From the NCBI GenBank assembly GCA_050331735.1, contig JBHJGN010000018.1, forward strand, positions 9,021 through 73,020: a DNA stretch of 64,000 bases, given 5' to 3'. Below, piece by piece: positions 9,635 to 20,557 of this stretch; positions within the stretch are counted from its first letter, which is position 1; every line of letters begins with the position of its first letter. The notes beneath the pieces are model-generated. The model was not told the DNA's origin, did not search any database, and saw nothing but the letters and a program-made list of their open reading frames with translations. Origin of the DNA: Cyanophyceae cyanobacterium (GTDB lineage Bacteria; Cyanobacteriota; Cyanobacteriia; Cyanobacteriales; JBHJGN01). A program made the position numbers and the translations under genes.

Positions 9635-11521
9635 TCATAAATACTGCTCAATAAAACTTTGAAGCTGTTTCACCTGAAATTCTTCAGCGAGCCGAGTCAG
9701 CTTTTCCACAAACGGGATGAGCTGCTCCTCCCCTTTTAACGCTTCTGCTTCTTGAATGACAGTATCTAGGTCTCCTTTTTTAGAAAGCGCGTACAGCCGG
9801 GTGAGACAGTTAACACCAGGAGGCACTACCTCTGCTCCTTCTGAAGGGATTGCTCGCTCATCCTCCTCTCGGTAAATCCACTCTAGTTCGAGGTGGACGC
9901 GCAACAGCTCTAGCAGACGGTCGAACTGAATTGGCTTTGGCAAAAACTCATCAGCCCCCGCTTCAAAACAGATGTACTGGTCGTTTTCATAAATACTGGC
10001 AGACGTGGCAATAATTTTAACGGCTGCGAGGTGAGGAGAGTGGCGCAGATAGTCGATTAGCTCCGCTCCTTCTATCCCTCCTGACATCACTAAATCAGTG
10101 ACAATGAGATCCGGATAAAAAGTCAGCGCCTTGATAATCCCCGCTTGTCCGTCGCTCGCTTGAATGACATTAAAGCCGATGGGCTTCAGCAAACTGTCCA
10201 GCACGGCCAGATTTTCTGGAGAATCATCGATCGCTAAAATGCTGCGCTGCTTGCCTTGGTAGCCCACAATCGTGCCTTGATGGGTTACCGCTGCTGTGGC
10301 TGACCATTGAGGGGCTTCGGCGACCTTGATTTCAAACTTGAAAATGCTTCCCTGACCGGGCTGGCTCGTTACCTGAAGGCGACTTTCCATCAGAGCCAGA
10401 ATTTTTTGACTAATGGCTAATCCGAGTCCAGTTCCCTGAGAGGACTGTTTGCTGTCTCCAGCCTGTTCAAAGGGCAGAAAAATTTGGTCAAGTTTTCCTG
10501 GAGAAATGCCAATGCCTGTATCCTCAACCGAGAAGCGGAGCGTTATTCCGGTGGAACGATCGCGAGAGAGGTCCACCACTTCAGCTTTAAAAGTGACGCT
10601 GCCGCTGTCGGTAAACTTAATCGCGTTACTCAAAAGATTTAGCAAAACCTGACGTAAACGCCTTTCATCGGCTCTAATTCCGGGTGGCAGTTGAGGGTCA
10701 GATCGATAAAGCAGAGCCAGACCTTTCTGCTGAGCGCGGAGGCGACACATTTCGACGACGTTCTGGAGTAGGGAAGGCAAGTGGAACTCCACCAGGTGCA
10801 GCTCCATTTTCTGGGCCTCAATTTTCGAGAGATCCAAAATATCGTTGATCAACGTCAGGAGATAATTGCTGCACTGATAAATGATGCCAACGCCTTTTTT
10901 TTCATCGCTGGTTAAATGAGGAGAACGCTGCAAAATTTGAGCATAGCCGATAATCCCGTTGAGAGGGGTACGTAACTCATGGCTCATACTCGCAAGGAAT
11001 TCGCTCTTAGCTTGGTTGGCAACGACCGCCGCTTCTTTAGCTTTGTGAAGCTGAAGGGTTCTTTCCTCAACGCGGTTCTCTAGTTCCTGGGTTAACTCCT
11101 CAAGGGCAGCCTGAGCAGTCGTCCGTTCCTTGATTTCCTGTCGTAGCCTCAACTGAGAGCAAATTCGCGCCAACACCTCTTCCTGTTGAAAGGGCTTGGT
11201 GACGTAATCTACCGCTCCGAGGCGAAACCCCTTGACTTTGTTCTCTGTATCCGCTAGTGCCGTCATAAAAATAACGGGAACATCCTGCGTAGCCGGATTT
11301 TCCTTGAGCCGACGACAGGTTTCAAAGCCATCGATCCCCGGCATCATCACGTCCAGCAGAATCAGATCGGGAAGGCTATACTGAATTTGCTCAATGGCGC
11401 TGGCGCCATCAATAGCGACTAACACTTCAAACCCAGCGCTATCTAAAAAATCTGACAAGACGCTCAGGTTAGCCGGATTATCATCAACCGCCAGAATGCT
11501 GCCCGTTTGCTTCGAGTTCAC
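9635..11521 (-). CDS. Hybrid histidine kinase/response regulator (REC-HisKA-HATPase-REC)
   Basis: N-terminal receiver '[14 protein letters not shown]', H-box '[10 protein letters not shown]', N-box '[10 protein letters not shown]', G-box 'GTGLGL', C-terminal receiver 'DLIVTDLVM'. Confidence 0.95.
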   Translation of the reverse strand: MNSKQTGSILAVDDNPANLSVLSDFLDSAGFEVLVAIDGASAIEQIQYSLPDLILLDVMMPGIDGFETCRRLKENPATQDVPVIFMTALADTENKVKGFRLGAVDYVTKPFQQEEVLARICSQLRLRQEIKERTTAQAALEELTQELENRVEERTLQLHKAKEAAVVANQAKSEFLASMSHELRTPLNGIIGYAQILQRSPHLTSDEKKGVGIIYQCSNYLLTLINDILDLSKIEAQKMELHLVEFHLPSLLQNVVEMCRLRAQQKGLALLYRSDPQLPPGIRADERRLRQVLLNLLSNAIKFTDSGSVTFKAEVVDLSRDRSTGITLRFSVEDTGIGISPGKLDQIFLPFEQAGDSKQSSQGTGLGLAISQKILALMESRLQVTSQPGQGSIFKFEIKVAEAPQWSATAAVTHQGTIVGYQGKQRSILAIDDSPENLAVLDSLLKPIGFNVIQASDGQAGIIKALTFYPDLIVTDLVMSGGIEGAELIDYLRHSPHLAAVKIIATSASIYENDQYICFEAGADEFLPKPIQFDRLLELLRVHLELEWIYREEDERAIPSEGAEVVPPGVNCLTRLYALSKKGDLDTVIQEAEALKGEEQLIPFVEKLTRLAEEFQVKQLQSFIEQYL

Positions 11522-13989
11522 GCGCTCCCCCCATGATGATTAATAAATTCTTTGAGTTCGTTGACCTTGAACCCCTGCACCATCTGCTGAAGAGTCTCGG
11601 CAAAGGGGGCAAAGCGAGGATCTGCTTTGAGCTGGTCGGCGGCGGCGCTAATGCCTTTGAGGTTGCCCTTCATGGCTAACTCCTGAAGCTTGGCTAACTC
11701 TGCTTCAGACGGCACGACCAGGGGGCGATCGCCTGGGGAGTCTGCCTCGACCGAAGCCGGATCACATTCACAAATCCACTCAAGCTGGAGGTGCTGAAGC
11801 AGCATGTCAAATAACTCTTCGGCCCGCACTGGTTTGGTGAGAAAGTCGTTACCTCCCGCTGCTTGGCTTTTTTGGCGGTCGATTTCATAGACGCTCGCAG
11901 AGGAAACGAGCACAGGAATCTGCTCTAGCTCCGGGTGCGCACGAAGCTGTTTAATAAAGGTAAAACCATCCATGACGGGCATCACTAAATCAGTAATAAC
12001 GAGATCGGGTTGATGCTCAACGGCGATCACGAGCGCTTCCTGGCCATTCTCGGCGGCAAGCATTTCAAACCCAATGGGCTCTAGCAAATTGACAATGACT
12101 GAGCGATTTTCGAGGCGCTCGTCTACTACCAAAATTTTGGGAGTGCGATCGCGAATCCCGATAATTTTCTCGTGGCTTTGGGACTGAGTAATTTGTTTTT
12201 CGGCGGGCAGAGCCAGCTCCAAATCAACGGTGAAAATGCTGCCTTCCCCCGGTTTACTCCATACTTGAATCTGACTGCCCATCAGCTCAACGATTTTTTG
12301 ACTAATCGACAATCCTAAACCAGTGCCTTCGGCCTGTTTTTGCTTGTCTCCAGTTTGTTCAAAGGCTTGAAAAATCTTTCCAATCTGCTCTGGCTTGATG
12401 CCCACTCCCGTATCTTCTACCTGAAAACGCACCCAGGAGGAGGTCTCCAGGGGAGACTCGGCGCACTGAATTGGGCGAGTTCTAGCTTCCAAAGTGCCTT
12501 CCTGGTGATAGGCGACCCAAGCCCCCGAATCGGATTCGGGGGTCGCGCCTTCACTGAGAACGGTTACCTCAAAAGTCACTCCTCCTGTATGGGTAAACTT
12601 AATCGCATTACTCAGTAGGTTGAGCAAGACTTGGCGGAGGCGGCTCGCGTCGGTATAAACAGACTGGGGCAGCTCTGGAGACGATTGAAAGGTAAAGGAA
12701 ATCCCTTTTTGTTGCGCCTTAATGCGACAAATTTCTACAACCCCTACCAAAAATTCACCAAAGTCGAAAGCCTGCGGACAGAGATCGAGTTTTCTGGCTT
12801 CAATTTTGGCTAAATCTAAAATATCGTTGATTAAGGTCAATAAGTGTGAACCGCACTGATAGATAATGTCGGCTCCGTGTTTTTGCTTGGCGGTGAGTTC
12901 TCGGTCTCGCTGCAAAATTTGCGCGTAGCCCAAAACGCCATTGAGGGGAGTGCGCAGTTCGTGGCTCATACTGGCCAGAAACTCGCTTTTAGCGGTACTG
13001 GCCACCTCGGCAGCCTCTTTGGCTACCTGTAGTTGCGTTGCGTACTGCTCTTGTTCGCTCAACAGCTTTCTAACGCGCTCGATCAGCTCGTTAAAAGAGC
13101 GCGCTAGGAGTCCTACTTCATCGTCTGTCGTCACCGATGCCTGAAGCATGAAGTTGCTCTCTTGAGTTGACTGCGCTACGCGGGTTAAATCTTTAATTGG
13201 GTTGGCGATCGCTCGACTGGTACACCAGGCAAGGAGAACAGCAATGGCAATGGATGCTAGAGCGCTAGCCAGAGTAATTTGGTGTCGCAGCCTTTGCGCT
13301 CGCTGCAATTCTGCGTCTACTTCCGCAAATTCTTTAGAAATGATTTCGATTAATTTCTCGTTTCTCTCTGTAAATTCTAATAAACTGGCGTTGAGCGGTT
13401 CCCGACTGAAGGATAGCAGCTCAGATTTTACTTCTGCCCTTCGCTCAGGAGGAACGTTAGGTAACCCTAAGCTATAGAAATTGAATTGAGTTTGCCGAAG
13501 ATAGTTGATGAGGAGATCGTCGTACTCCAGTAGCCCTGCTAAAGCCTCTAGTTCTTCAGCGGTTTCTTCTACCTCCGGCTCTTCGTAAGACTCCTTTAAT
13601 TCTTTCCAGGCTTGATTGGCAAGATACATATGTCTGAGGAACAAATTGTCTGCTTCCTGGAGCCGTTCCGGGTCGGATAGTAAAGCAGCAAATCTATACT
13701 GGTAGACCTGAGCTAGCAGCAAGTTATGCTGGATTTCCTTCGGCAAATCGACTTCCTCTTGGGTGTCTTTTCTCTGTTTTTCTGCTTCCTGTTCGAGGTA
13801 ATTGCCGATTAAAGCTCCGGTTCCTGTTCCAACAATGGCAATGGAGAGGGCAATGAAATACCCTAAGCTAATTTTTTGACCCACCCTGAGATGACTAAGA
13901 CGATTCCTCAGCCAGATAACAATGAAACTCTCATTAGGGTCCGTTTTCAGCCAGGGAGGTGCTATCGGTTTCCAAGTCTTCCCGCTCAT
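11518..13989 (-). CDS. Membrane hybrid sensor kinase (2 TM, periplasmic helical sensor, HAMP, HisKA, HATPase, REC)
   Basis: Two TM helices, HAMP '[16 protein letters not shown]', [36 protein letters not shown]; stop overlaps the next start (GTGA). Confidence 0.95.
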   Translation of the reverse strand: MSGKTWKPIAPPWLKTDPNESFIVIWLRNRLSHLRVGQKISLGYFIALSIAIVGTGTGALIGNYLEQEAEKQRKDTQEEVDLPKEIQHNLLLAQVYQYRFAALLSDPERLQEADNLFLRHMYLANQAWKELKESYEEPEVEETAEELEALAGLLEYDDLLINYLRQTQFNFYSLGLPNVPPERRAEVKSELLSFSREPLNASLLEFTERNEKLIEIISKEFAEVDAELQRAQRLRHQITLASALASIAIAVLLAWCTSRAIANPIKDLTRVAQSTQESNFMLQASVTTDDEVGLLARSFNELIERVRKLLSEQEQYATQLQVAKEAAEVASTAKSEFLASMSHELRTPLNGVLGYAQILQRDRELTAKQKHGADIIYQCGSHLLTLINDILDLAKIEARKLDLCPQAFDFGEFLVGVVEICRIKAQQKGISFTFQSSPELPQSVYTDASRLRQVLLNLLSNAIKFTHTGGVTFEVTVLSEGATPESDSGAWVAYHQEGTLEARTRPIQCAESPLETSSWVRFQVEDTGVGIKPEQIGKIFQAFEQTGDKQKQAEGTGLGLSISQKIVELMGSQIQVWSKPGEGSIFTVDLELALPAEKQITQSQSHEKIIGIRDRTPKILVVDERLENRSVIVNLLEPIGFEMLAAENGQEALVIAVEHQPDLVITDLVMPVMDGFTFIKQLRAHPELEQIPVLVSSASVYEIDRQKSQAAGGNDFLTKPVRAEELFDMLLQHLQLEWICECDPASVEADSPGDRPLVVPSEAELAKLQELAMKGNLKGISAAADQLKADPRFAPFAETLQQMVQGFKVNELKEFINHHGGSA

Positions 13990-14070
13990 GCGTCACTGTT
14001 TGCTTCTCAAGGGATGTTAGAGGTTCAGCTTGTTTAAGAGTTCCCAAAAAGACCGGGGAAAGTATCATTT

Positions 14071-14333
14071 TGGGGAAGCCGCTGGCGCGGCAGGGGAAAG
14101 GGGAAATTGTCCGGTGCGGGACGGGGAAGAGGGAAAGGGGAAAGGAAAATTAGTCGCTCCGCGACGAATAAAGAATAGCGGGCCGAGATTGAATACTATT
14201 CAATTCCTCCCTTTCCCCTTTCCCCTGCGCCTACGGCGCTTTCCCTTTCCCCGTTGCGCAGCAACTATTTTCCCGGCGCCAGCGGCGCTTTCCCTTTCCC
14301 CGTGCCTTTGGCGCTTTCCCGTCGCGGAGCGAC
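14071..14333. repeat. Heptamer/hairpin array (copy 3, longest) between the divergent kinase and glyS
   Basis: GGGGAAA tracts on the left, TTTCCCC tracts on the right; hairpin modules at 14153, 14227, 14253, 14276, 14302 and 14321. Confidence 0.85.
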
Positions 14334-14377
14334 ATCACGGTAAACTGATTGAAGGTAACTCAACTGATTTCCCTTGT

Positions 14378-16516
14378 ATGCCTACATTTCTCCTCGAAGT
14401 TGGTACAGAAGAACTCCCGGCAGCATTCGTCGAGAGCGCGATCGCTCAATGGCAACACCGGATTCCACAATCGCTAGCGGAGCAGTTTTTGCAGGCGGAG
14501 ACGGTGGCAGTGTACGGAACGCCTCGCCGTCTCACTGTAGTGGTCACAGGTCTCCCGGCGCAGCAGAGCGATCGCACCGAGGAAATTAAGGGGCCTCCGG
14601 CGCAGGTGGCGTTTAAGGAGGGTCAGCCGACTAAAGCCGCCGCAGGATTTGCCCGGAAGCAGGCGGTGGCGCTAGAAGCCCTAGAAATTCGGGAAACGGA
14701 CAAGGGAGAGTTTGTGTTCGTGCAGAAAACCATTGCCGGACGCGCAACGGCTGAAATCTTGTCAGAACTGAGTGTTGAGTGGATTACTGGATTAGAAGGC
14801 AAGCGGTTTATGCGGTGGGGAGACGGAGACCTGCGGTTTGCTCGCCCGATCCGCTGGCTGGTGGCGCTGCTGGATGAAGAAATTCTAGATGTTCAGCTCG
14901 TTAATGGCTCGGAAACAATTAAAAGCGATCGCACCTCTGCGGGTCATCGCGTCCTTCATCCGCAGCCTGTGGCAATTCCTCACGCTTCGGATTATGTCCA
15001 GTGTTTGCGCAATGCCTCCGTAGAAGTCGTGCCGACCGAGCGACAACGGCGGATCGAGCAGCAGATAGCAGCGGCAGCCGAGCAGTTGGGCGGCACTGCC
15101 GATATTCCTGCGGATTTGCTGGGGGAGGTGATTCATCTAGTGGAGTGGCCAACCGCCGTTACCGGTAATTTTGAGTCGGAATTTTTAAGCTTACCGCCAG
15201 AGGTGATTGCGACGGTAATGGTGACTCACCAGCGCTATTTTCCGGTCCAGGATGCCCAGAAGCCGGAAGCGCTGCTGTCCCATTTCATTGCCGTGTCTAA
15301 TGGCGATCCGGCTCAGGCGAAGACGATTGCCGCCGGGAATGAGCGCGTGATTCGCGCCCGCCTCGCCGATGCTCAATTCTTTTACCAAGCAGACTGCTCC
15401 AAGCCCTTAGAAAGCTTCTTGCCTCAGCTAGAGAGCGTCACGTTCCAGGAAGATTTGGGGTCGATGCGGGACAAGGTGGATCGGATTGTTAAAATTGCGG
15501 GACAAATCTCAGAACAGCTTGAACTAACGGGTTCTGACCATGCTGAAGTTGAGCTGTGTGCGCTGCTGTGTAAGGCAGACCTGGTATCGCAGATGGTGTA
15601 TGAGTTTCCCGAACTTCAGGGGGTGATGGGAGAACAGTATGCGCGAGTGAGCCATCAGTCTGACGCGGTTGCCAAAGGCATTTTTGAACATTATCTGCCG
15701 CGAGGAGCCGACGATATCCTGCCGCAAACGCTCGCCGGACAGGTGGTGGGCATCGCCGATCGCATCGATACGTTGGTCGGTATTTTTGGCTTAGGAATGA
15801 TTCCGAGCGGCTCTTCTGACCCGTTTGCCCTCCGTCGCGCCGCCAATGCCGTTGTCAGCGTGACCTGGGAAGCTCAGCTACCGCTCGATGTGGCCCGGTT
15901 GATTGAGCAAAATGCCGCTGACTTTGGGGCGACGCACCCGAATCGGGAATCCCCTGCATCTGCCCTAGAAGAGTTTTTTATTGGTCGCGTTCGTACGCTG
16001 TTACAGGAAGAAGGCATCGACTACGATTTGGTCAATGCTGTCCTCGGAGAAGATCCAGAATATACCGCGCGATCGCTTCAGGATTTACTCGACGTGCGCG
16101 ATCGTGCTCGCTTTCTCCAAACCATTCGCACCAACGGCACTCTCGACACCATCTATGAAACGGTCAACCGTTCGGCGCGGCTGGCGACGAAGGGTAGCTT
16201 AGATACTCAGCAGCTCGATCCCGCCGCTATTGTCCGTCCTGACCTGTTTGAGAAAGCATCGGAGCAGTCTTTCTACGAAGCATTAGTAGAGCTTGTGCCG
16301 AAGACGCAAGCGGCTCAAGCTGAACGCAACTATCAGCAGCTCATCGATGCCTTGGCGCAGGTTGCGCCCACCGTCAGTAACTTTTTCGATGGACCCGATA
16401 GCGTTCTGGTGATGGACGACAACCCCGATATTCAGCAAAATCGCCTCAATCTCCTCGGCTTGCTGCGCAACCATGCGCGAGTGCTGGCCGACTTTGGGTT
16501 GATCGTTAAAACCTAA
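14378..16516 (+). CDS. glyS: Glycine--tRNA ligase beta subunit
   Basis: [14 protein letters not shown] start, GTPRRL, MRWG...[28 protein letters not shown]; true start is ATG 14378 because the upstream frame is repeat DNA. Confidence 0.97.
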   Translation: MPTFLLEVGTEELPAAFVESAIAQWQHRIPQSLAEQFLQAETVAVYGTPRRLTVVVTGLPAQQSDRTEEIKGPPAQVAFKEGQPTKAAAGFARKQAVALEALEIRETDKGEFVFVQKTIAGRATAEILSELSVEWITGLEGKRFMRWGDGDLRFARPIRWLVALLDEEILDVQLVNGSETIKSDRTSAGHRVLHPQPVAIPHASDYVQCLRNASVEVVPTERQRRIEQQIAAAAEQLGGTADIPADLLGEVIHLVEWPTAVTGNFESEFLSLPPEVIATVMVTHQRYFPVQDAQKPEALLSHFIAVSNGDPAQAKTIAAGNERVIRARLADAQFFYQADCSKPLESFLPQLESVTFQEDLGSMRDKVDRIVKIAGQISEQLELTGSDHAEVELCALLCKADLVSQMVYEFPELQGVMGEQYARVSHQSDAVAKGIFEHYLPRGADDILPQTLAGQVVGIADRIDTLVGIFGLGMIPSGSSDPFALRRAANAVVSVTWEAQLPLDVARLIEQNAADFGATHPNRESPASALEEFFIGRVRTLLQEEGIDYDLVNAVLGEDPEYTARSLQDLLDVRDRARFLQTIRTNGTLDTIYETVNRSARLATKGSLDTQQLDPAAIVRPDLFEKASEQSFYEALVELVPKTQAAQAERNYQQLIDALAQVAPTVSNFFDGPDSVLVMDDNPDIQQNRLNLLGLLRNHARVLADFGLIVKT

Positions 16517-16662
16517 GAGGAGATCGTCTTTGGCAGGACAGAAACTGTCGATTGATGTCAAGCAGACTACTCGGCTAGTTTTCTGGCGATCTCATATCAA
16601 CTCTGTTTAATTAGTTGCAAAATCTATTTCATCGCCATTCTTTTGTTTCCTCCTGCCCCTCT

Positions 16663-16746
16663 CGGTGCGTAATTCGCCGTGCAACGGCGACGGGGCTTGC
16701 AGGGTCTCGAACTCAATTCGAGACACAGCCCCTCAATTACGCACCG
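16663..16746. other. 84-nt palindromic three-way-junction element (structured RNA or very small mobile element)
   Basis: Perfect 12-bp closing stem CGGTGCGTAATT/AATTACGCACCG enclosing hairpin CGCCGT/ACGGCG and nested GGGGCT...GTCTCGAA/TTCGAGAC...AGCCCC. Confidence 0.6.
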
Positions 16747-16780
16747 TCTGTCCCCTGCCTCCTGCCTTACTCTACATAAA

Positions 16781-17320
16781 TTATGGTTGTTTAACAGGAT
16801 TTGATATCACTTCTAAAATCCCCCGGTACATATTCATTCCGCAGGCGAACTGGTATCGTCCTGGTTCTTTAGGTGTCAGCTCAACGGTCGTTACCTGGTC
16901 GAGGGCTAGATCTTGAGCGATGCCAAAATCAGCGAGGACAACTTTTTCGAGGCAACTGCTGCGATCGCGCCGGAGGAAATTGAGCTGTACAGGCTGTCCG
17001 GCTTCAACAACAATGTGACTCGGCTCATAGCCACCATCGACGGTGATTTCTACCTCCTGTACCCCCTGACTCGCTTGGGCGGTGGCGGCTTTATTCTTAC
17101 TGAGCAAAAACCACCATAGCTCTAGCCCAATCAATCCCAATCCGCCTAGGGTGACAGCAATTTTCGTGCCGAGCGGCTGCTCAAGGCGCTGGAATTGTTC
17201 GGTCTGTTCAGACTCGGAAGCAGGCATCTCTATATCTAGTTCTTCTTGAGCGAGAACCGCTCCGGAAGAGAGGAGCAGTCCCACTCCCATGAGGTTTCCA
17301 ATGAGTTTTATAGTCAACAT
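16781..17320 (-). CDS. Membrane-anchored cupredoxin-domain protein
   Basis: Signal peptide plus TM, 'ITVDGGYEPSHIVV', 'SSCLEKV', Cu-ligand loop 'FACGMNMYRG'. Confidence 0.9.
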   Translation of the reverse strand: MLTIKLIGNLMGVGLLLSSGAVLAQEELDIEMPASESEQTEQFQRLEQPLGTKIAVTLGGLGLIGLELWWFLLSKNKAATAQASQGVQEVEITVDGGYEPSHIVVEAGQPVQLNFLRRDRSSCLEKVVLADFGIAQDLALDQVTTVELTPKEPGRYQFACGMNMYRGILEVISNPVKQP

Positions 17321-17357
17321 TTTGGCGATTTAAGGTAAATTCAAGGCCAGAACAGGA

Positions 17358-19598
17358 TTAGGCGTGGAAATTGCGCAGACGCAGGGCATTCGTTACTACC
17401 GACACCGAACTAAACGCCATTGCGCCGCCCGCAATAATCGGGTTGAGTAACCAGCCAAACACCGGGAACAGAATTCCTGCTGCAATGGGAATGCCCAAGA
17501 CGTTGTAGATAAAGGCAAAGAAAAGATTTTGGCGAATATTGCGAATGGTCGCTTTACTGAGTTCAATAGCGGTCACGATGCCTTGAATATCGCCAGAAAT
17601 GAGGGTAATATCCGAAGCGGCGATCGCCACATCGGTTCCCGTGCCGATAGCCATGCCCACATCCGCCTGGGCAAGGGCGGGGGCATCGTTAATGCCGTCT
17701 CCCACCATCGCTACTGTTTTCCCCTCCTGTTGCAGGGCCAATACCTGAGCGGCTTTTTGGTCGGGGCGCACTTCGGCAAACACGCGCTCAATACCTACTT
17801 CAGCGGCGATCGCTTCAGCGGTGGGGCGGTTATCTCCAGTGAGCATCACGACTTCTAAGCCCATCTGCTTGAGGGAGCGGATGGCTTCAGTAGAAGAAGG
17901 CTTGAGGGTGTCGGCAATGCCCATAATGCCTTCAATCGCTCCATCAACGGCAATCCAAACGACCGTTTTTCCCTGGGCTTCCCAAGCGTCTTGCTGCTGA
18001 AATGTCGTATCAATGTTTAATTCCTGCATCCACCGCTGCGTCCCAATTTGCACCCAGCGGTCAGCAACCATGCCCTGCACCCCGCTTCCGGCAACGGCTT
18101 CAAACTCTCTTGCTTCTCCCAACTTCACCTGTTGAGACTCGGCGTATCTCACGACCGCTTCCGCTAAGGGATGTTCCGAGCTGCGTTCGACGGCGGCGGC
18201 AAGGGCAATCAGCTTTAATTCCTGTTGAGCGCCCCGATGAATGCTGACGAAATCGGTCACGGTAGGCTTGCCTTCGGTTACGGTTCCGGTTTTGTCGAGC
18301 ACAATGGTGTGAATCTTGTGCGCCAGCTCTAAACTTTCTGCCCCCTTAATTAGAATGCCGTTTTCGGCTCCTTTCCCAGTGCCCACCATCACGGAGGTGG
18401 GAGTAGCTAACCCCAAGGCACAGGGGCAGGCGATAATCAACACGCCCACGGTGGTAATCAGAGCCAGGGACAGATTGCCCATTACGTCGAACCAAATTAC
18501 AAAGGTAAGAATGGCAATGGCAATCACCACCGGTACAAACCACCCCGTCACTCGATCGGCCAAGCGCTGAATCGGCGCTTTAGAGCCTTGGGCTTGCTGG
18601 ACTAATTTGACAATCTGGGCAAGCACCGTATCTTTACCAACTCGCGTGGCCCGAAACTTAAAGCTGCCAGTTTTGTTGATCGTTGCGCCAATCACTTCAT
18701 CTCCCGGCTGCTTCTTCACCGGCAAACTTTCTCCCGTCACCATCGCCTCATCAATGGTAGAAGTGCCTTCCACTACTTCCCCATCTACCGGAATTTTTTC
18801 TCCTGGACGCACTAGGATCACATCGTCTACCTGGACTTCTTGAATCGGGATGTCTATCTCTTGACCATTGCGGATTACCCGCGCATCTCTAGCCTGTAAG
18901 CCAATCAACTGACGAATGGCTTCTGAGGTTTGTCCTTTAGCCCGATTCTCAAACAGTCGTCCCAAAAGGATTAAGGTAATGACGACGGCGGCGGTCTCGT
19001 AATACACTTCCGGCATCAAGCCCTGGTTGATGAAGAAATCGGGAAATAGAGTAGCAAATAGAGAGTAGAAAAATGCTGCACTGGTTCCCAGGGCAATGAG
19101 AGTGTCCATAGTGGCCGTATGGCGCTTGAATGCTTTCCACGCTCCGGTGTAGAAGCTATAGCCGCACCAGAACTGCACAGGAGCGGTCAGCGCTAACTGA
19201 AACCAGGCGTTGTGAAGCCAAGCAGGGATCAACGGGAACTCAATGCCTGTCATCATCGGTAAGGAACCAATGATGAGGATAGCGCTGATGATACCGCCGA
19301 CGATTACTTTCCGCCACAGGTCGCGGGATTCTGCTTTACGGGCGGCTTTCTCTTCGTCATCTTCTCCCGTGACCATTTCTTGGTCCTGGAGAGGAGTGGC
19401 GCTATACCCAGCCGCATCCACCGCCTTCTGAATTTCCTCCAGACTCGCTTTTTGGGGATTGTACTGGACTGTCGCTTGTTCAGCACCGAAGTTGACGCTA
19501 CATTCGCTCACGCCAGGAACAGAGCGAATCGCTTGTTCAATGTTGTTGGCGCAGGAGGCACAGCTCATGCCTCGCAGTTTCAGAGTATCGGTATCCAT
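17358..19598 (-). CDS. pacS: Copper-translocating P1B-type ATPase (PacS/CopA type)
   Basis: [46 protein letters not shown] and MAFSS motifs; ATG at 19598. Confidence 0.92.
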   Translation of the reverse strand: MDTDTLKLRGMSCASCANNIEQAIRSVPGVSECSVNFGAEQATVQYNPQKASLEEIQKAVDAAGYSATPLQDQEMVTGEDDEEKAARKAESRDLWRKVIVGGIISAILIIGSLPMMTGIEFPLIPAWLHNAWFQLALTAPVQFWCGYSFYTGAWKAFKRHTATMDTLIALGTSAAFFYSLFATLFPDFFINQGLMPEVYYETAAVVITLILLGRLFENRAKGQTSEAIRQLIGLQARDARVIRNGQEIDIPIQEVQVDDVILVRPGEKIPVDGEVVEGTSTIDEAMVTGESLPVKKQPGDEVIGATINKTGSFKFRATRVGKDTVLAQIVKLVQQAQGSKAPIQRLADRVTGWFVPVVIAIAILTFVIWFDVMGNLSLALITTVGVLIIACPCALGLATPTSVMVGTGKGAENGILIKGAESLELAHKIHTIVLDKTGTVTEGKPTVTDFVSIHRGAQQELKLIALAAAVERSSEHPLAEAVVRYAESQQVKLGEAREFEAVAGSGVQGMVADRWVQIGTQRWMQELNIDTTFQQQDAWEAQGKTVVWIAVDGAIEGIMGIADTLKPSSTEAIRSLKQMGLEVVMLTGDNRPTAEAIAAEVGIERVFAEVRPDQKAAQVLALQQEGKTVAMVGDGINDAPALAQADVGMAIGTGTDVAIAASDITLISGDIQGIVTAIELSKATIRNIRQNLFFAFIYNVLGIPIAAGILFPVFGWLLNPIIAGGAMAFSSVSVVTNALRLRNFHA

Positions 19599-19626
19599 GA
19601 TTTGGGACTTGGTTCTACAGTGTCGC

Positions 19627-19756
19627 CTAGGCAGCGGGGTAGCCAGCAGCGGAGAGCGCTTCTTTGAACTTGGCTTCGGATTACTGAGTGTCAATCCTGA
19701 CCAGCTTCGTTATTTTCAGAACAAACAAGTCTAGGAACTTTCAGCGATAGGGTCAT
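19627..19756 (-). pseudogene. atx1: Decayed copper chaperone (Atx1/CopZ) gene
   Basis: ATG 19756 gives MTLSLKVPRLVCS; after a frameshift the sequence reads [26 protein letters not shown], matching both ends of cyanobacterial Atx1-type chaperones; the middle, including the second Cys of CxxC, is deleted. Confidence 0.8.
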
Positions 19757-19812
19757 GGCTAATAACAATAGTGAAGAGTCGCTTTTTAGCTTGCTCGCTT
19801 GAACCTATTGTT

Positions 19813-19844
19813 AGCTTAAACTCTCTAGTTAACTGGAGAGTCAA
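19813..19844 (-). promoter_or_regulatory. MerR-family (CueR-like) promoter/operator of the copper operon
   Basis: Minus strand TTGACT-20 bp-TAAGCT, with dyad ACTCTCCAGTT|AACTAGAGAGT filling the spacer. Confidence 0.75.
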
Positions 19845-19942
19845 GGGTAAGCTGTGATTTTTCAGTGTACGTGTTTGATGAGGCGTGAATCTGATTTGTA
19901 CACTCAAATGTGTAATCAAGCCAGATAGCAAGACAGTAAGGG

Positions 19943-20362
19943 TTAAGAGCGAAGCTGACGGACAGAGCGCAGAAGACGTTTGATAAAGCGACCGAGAGTT
20001 GGTGCTAGGGTCGTTGTTGACTCGGGATGGGGAGGAATTCTCGCCATGAGCTCGTAGTACTCATCGAGCAAATCGTGCTCAATGTCAGAAACACGGTCGT
20101 CAGCGATGAGCATACTGGCAATCTCGCTGAGGAGCCGCTGGCGTTCGGTATCGGTACTGTCTTTAAGATACTCCACTAGCCAAAGCTCAGTTTGTTTGAG
20201 CGGGACTGGTTGCTCTAGAAGCGTCTGAAGTTCGGGATTGAGGTGGAGATGGAATCGCTGGAGCAATTGCTGGAAATGTTCAATTTCTGTCGGTTCGAGA
20301 CGGCGATCGCTCCAGGCTGCGCCAATCACAATCTTGAGCAGCAGATGTTGTTTGATATCCAA
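19943..20362 (-). CDS. TerB-family protein
   Basis: 'LLKIVIGAAWSDRRLEPTE' and 'IASMLIADDRVSDIEHDLL' fit the duplicated TerB metal-binding motifs. Confidence 0.75.
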   Translation of the reverse strand: MDIKQHLLLKIVIGAAWSDRRLEPTEIEHFQQLLQRFHLHLNPELQTLLEQPVPLKQTELWLVEYLKDSTDTERQRLLSEIASMLIADDRVSDIEHDLLDEYYELMARIPPHPESTTTLAPTLGRFIKRLLRSVRQLRS

Positions 20363-20557
20363 CTTTAGTATTCCAACGCAGCTATAGCCAGATCTTAACT
20401 TGTCTCGGTTCCAGATTGGCGAGTGTTTTGGCTAGCTTGCCTATATCGCATCACATAGCTTCTGTGCTGCCTGATTGCCATAGTTGACAGGACCGGGAAA
20501 CGCACTGCGAGCTTCACGGTGGCAAAACGGCAACGAACTTTCTTTGGCTCCCTAATC

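Noticed and set aside
9316..9654. Short ORFs 9316-9654, 9423-9638 and 9455-9640
   Set aside because: No recognisable motifs, mutually overlapping, and their ends run through repeat DNA; a decayed gene cannot be excluded
14071..14333. Possible CRISPR array or T-box leader upstream of glyS
   Set aside because: No constant-length repeat-spacer periodicity, no cas genes and no T-box consensus; explained by the heptamer/hairpin family
14030..14377. 116-aa N-terminal extension of GlyS in the ORF track
   Set aside because: It is translated heptamer/hairpin repeat DNA ([15 protein letters not shown]); GlyS homology starts at ATG 14378
16663..16746. tRNA interpretation of the structured element
   Set aside because: Lacks D-loop and T-loop consensus, a 7-nt anticodon loop and acceptor-stem geometry
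19599..19694. 32-aa N-terminal extension of the Cu-ATPase
   Set aside because: It overlaps the atx1 relic in another frame; the HMA domain starts at ATG 19598
17529..19734. Numerous antisense ORFs over the ATPase (likewise over the kinases, tldD, hpnA and the TPR gene)
   Set aside because: Shadow frames expected opposite well-conserved GC-rich genes
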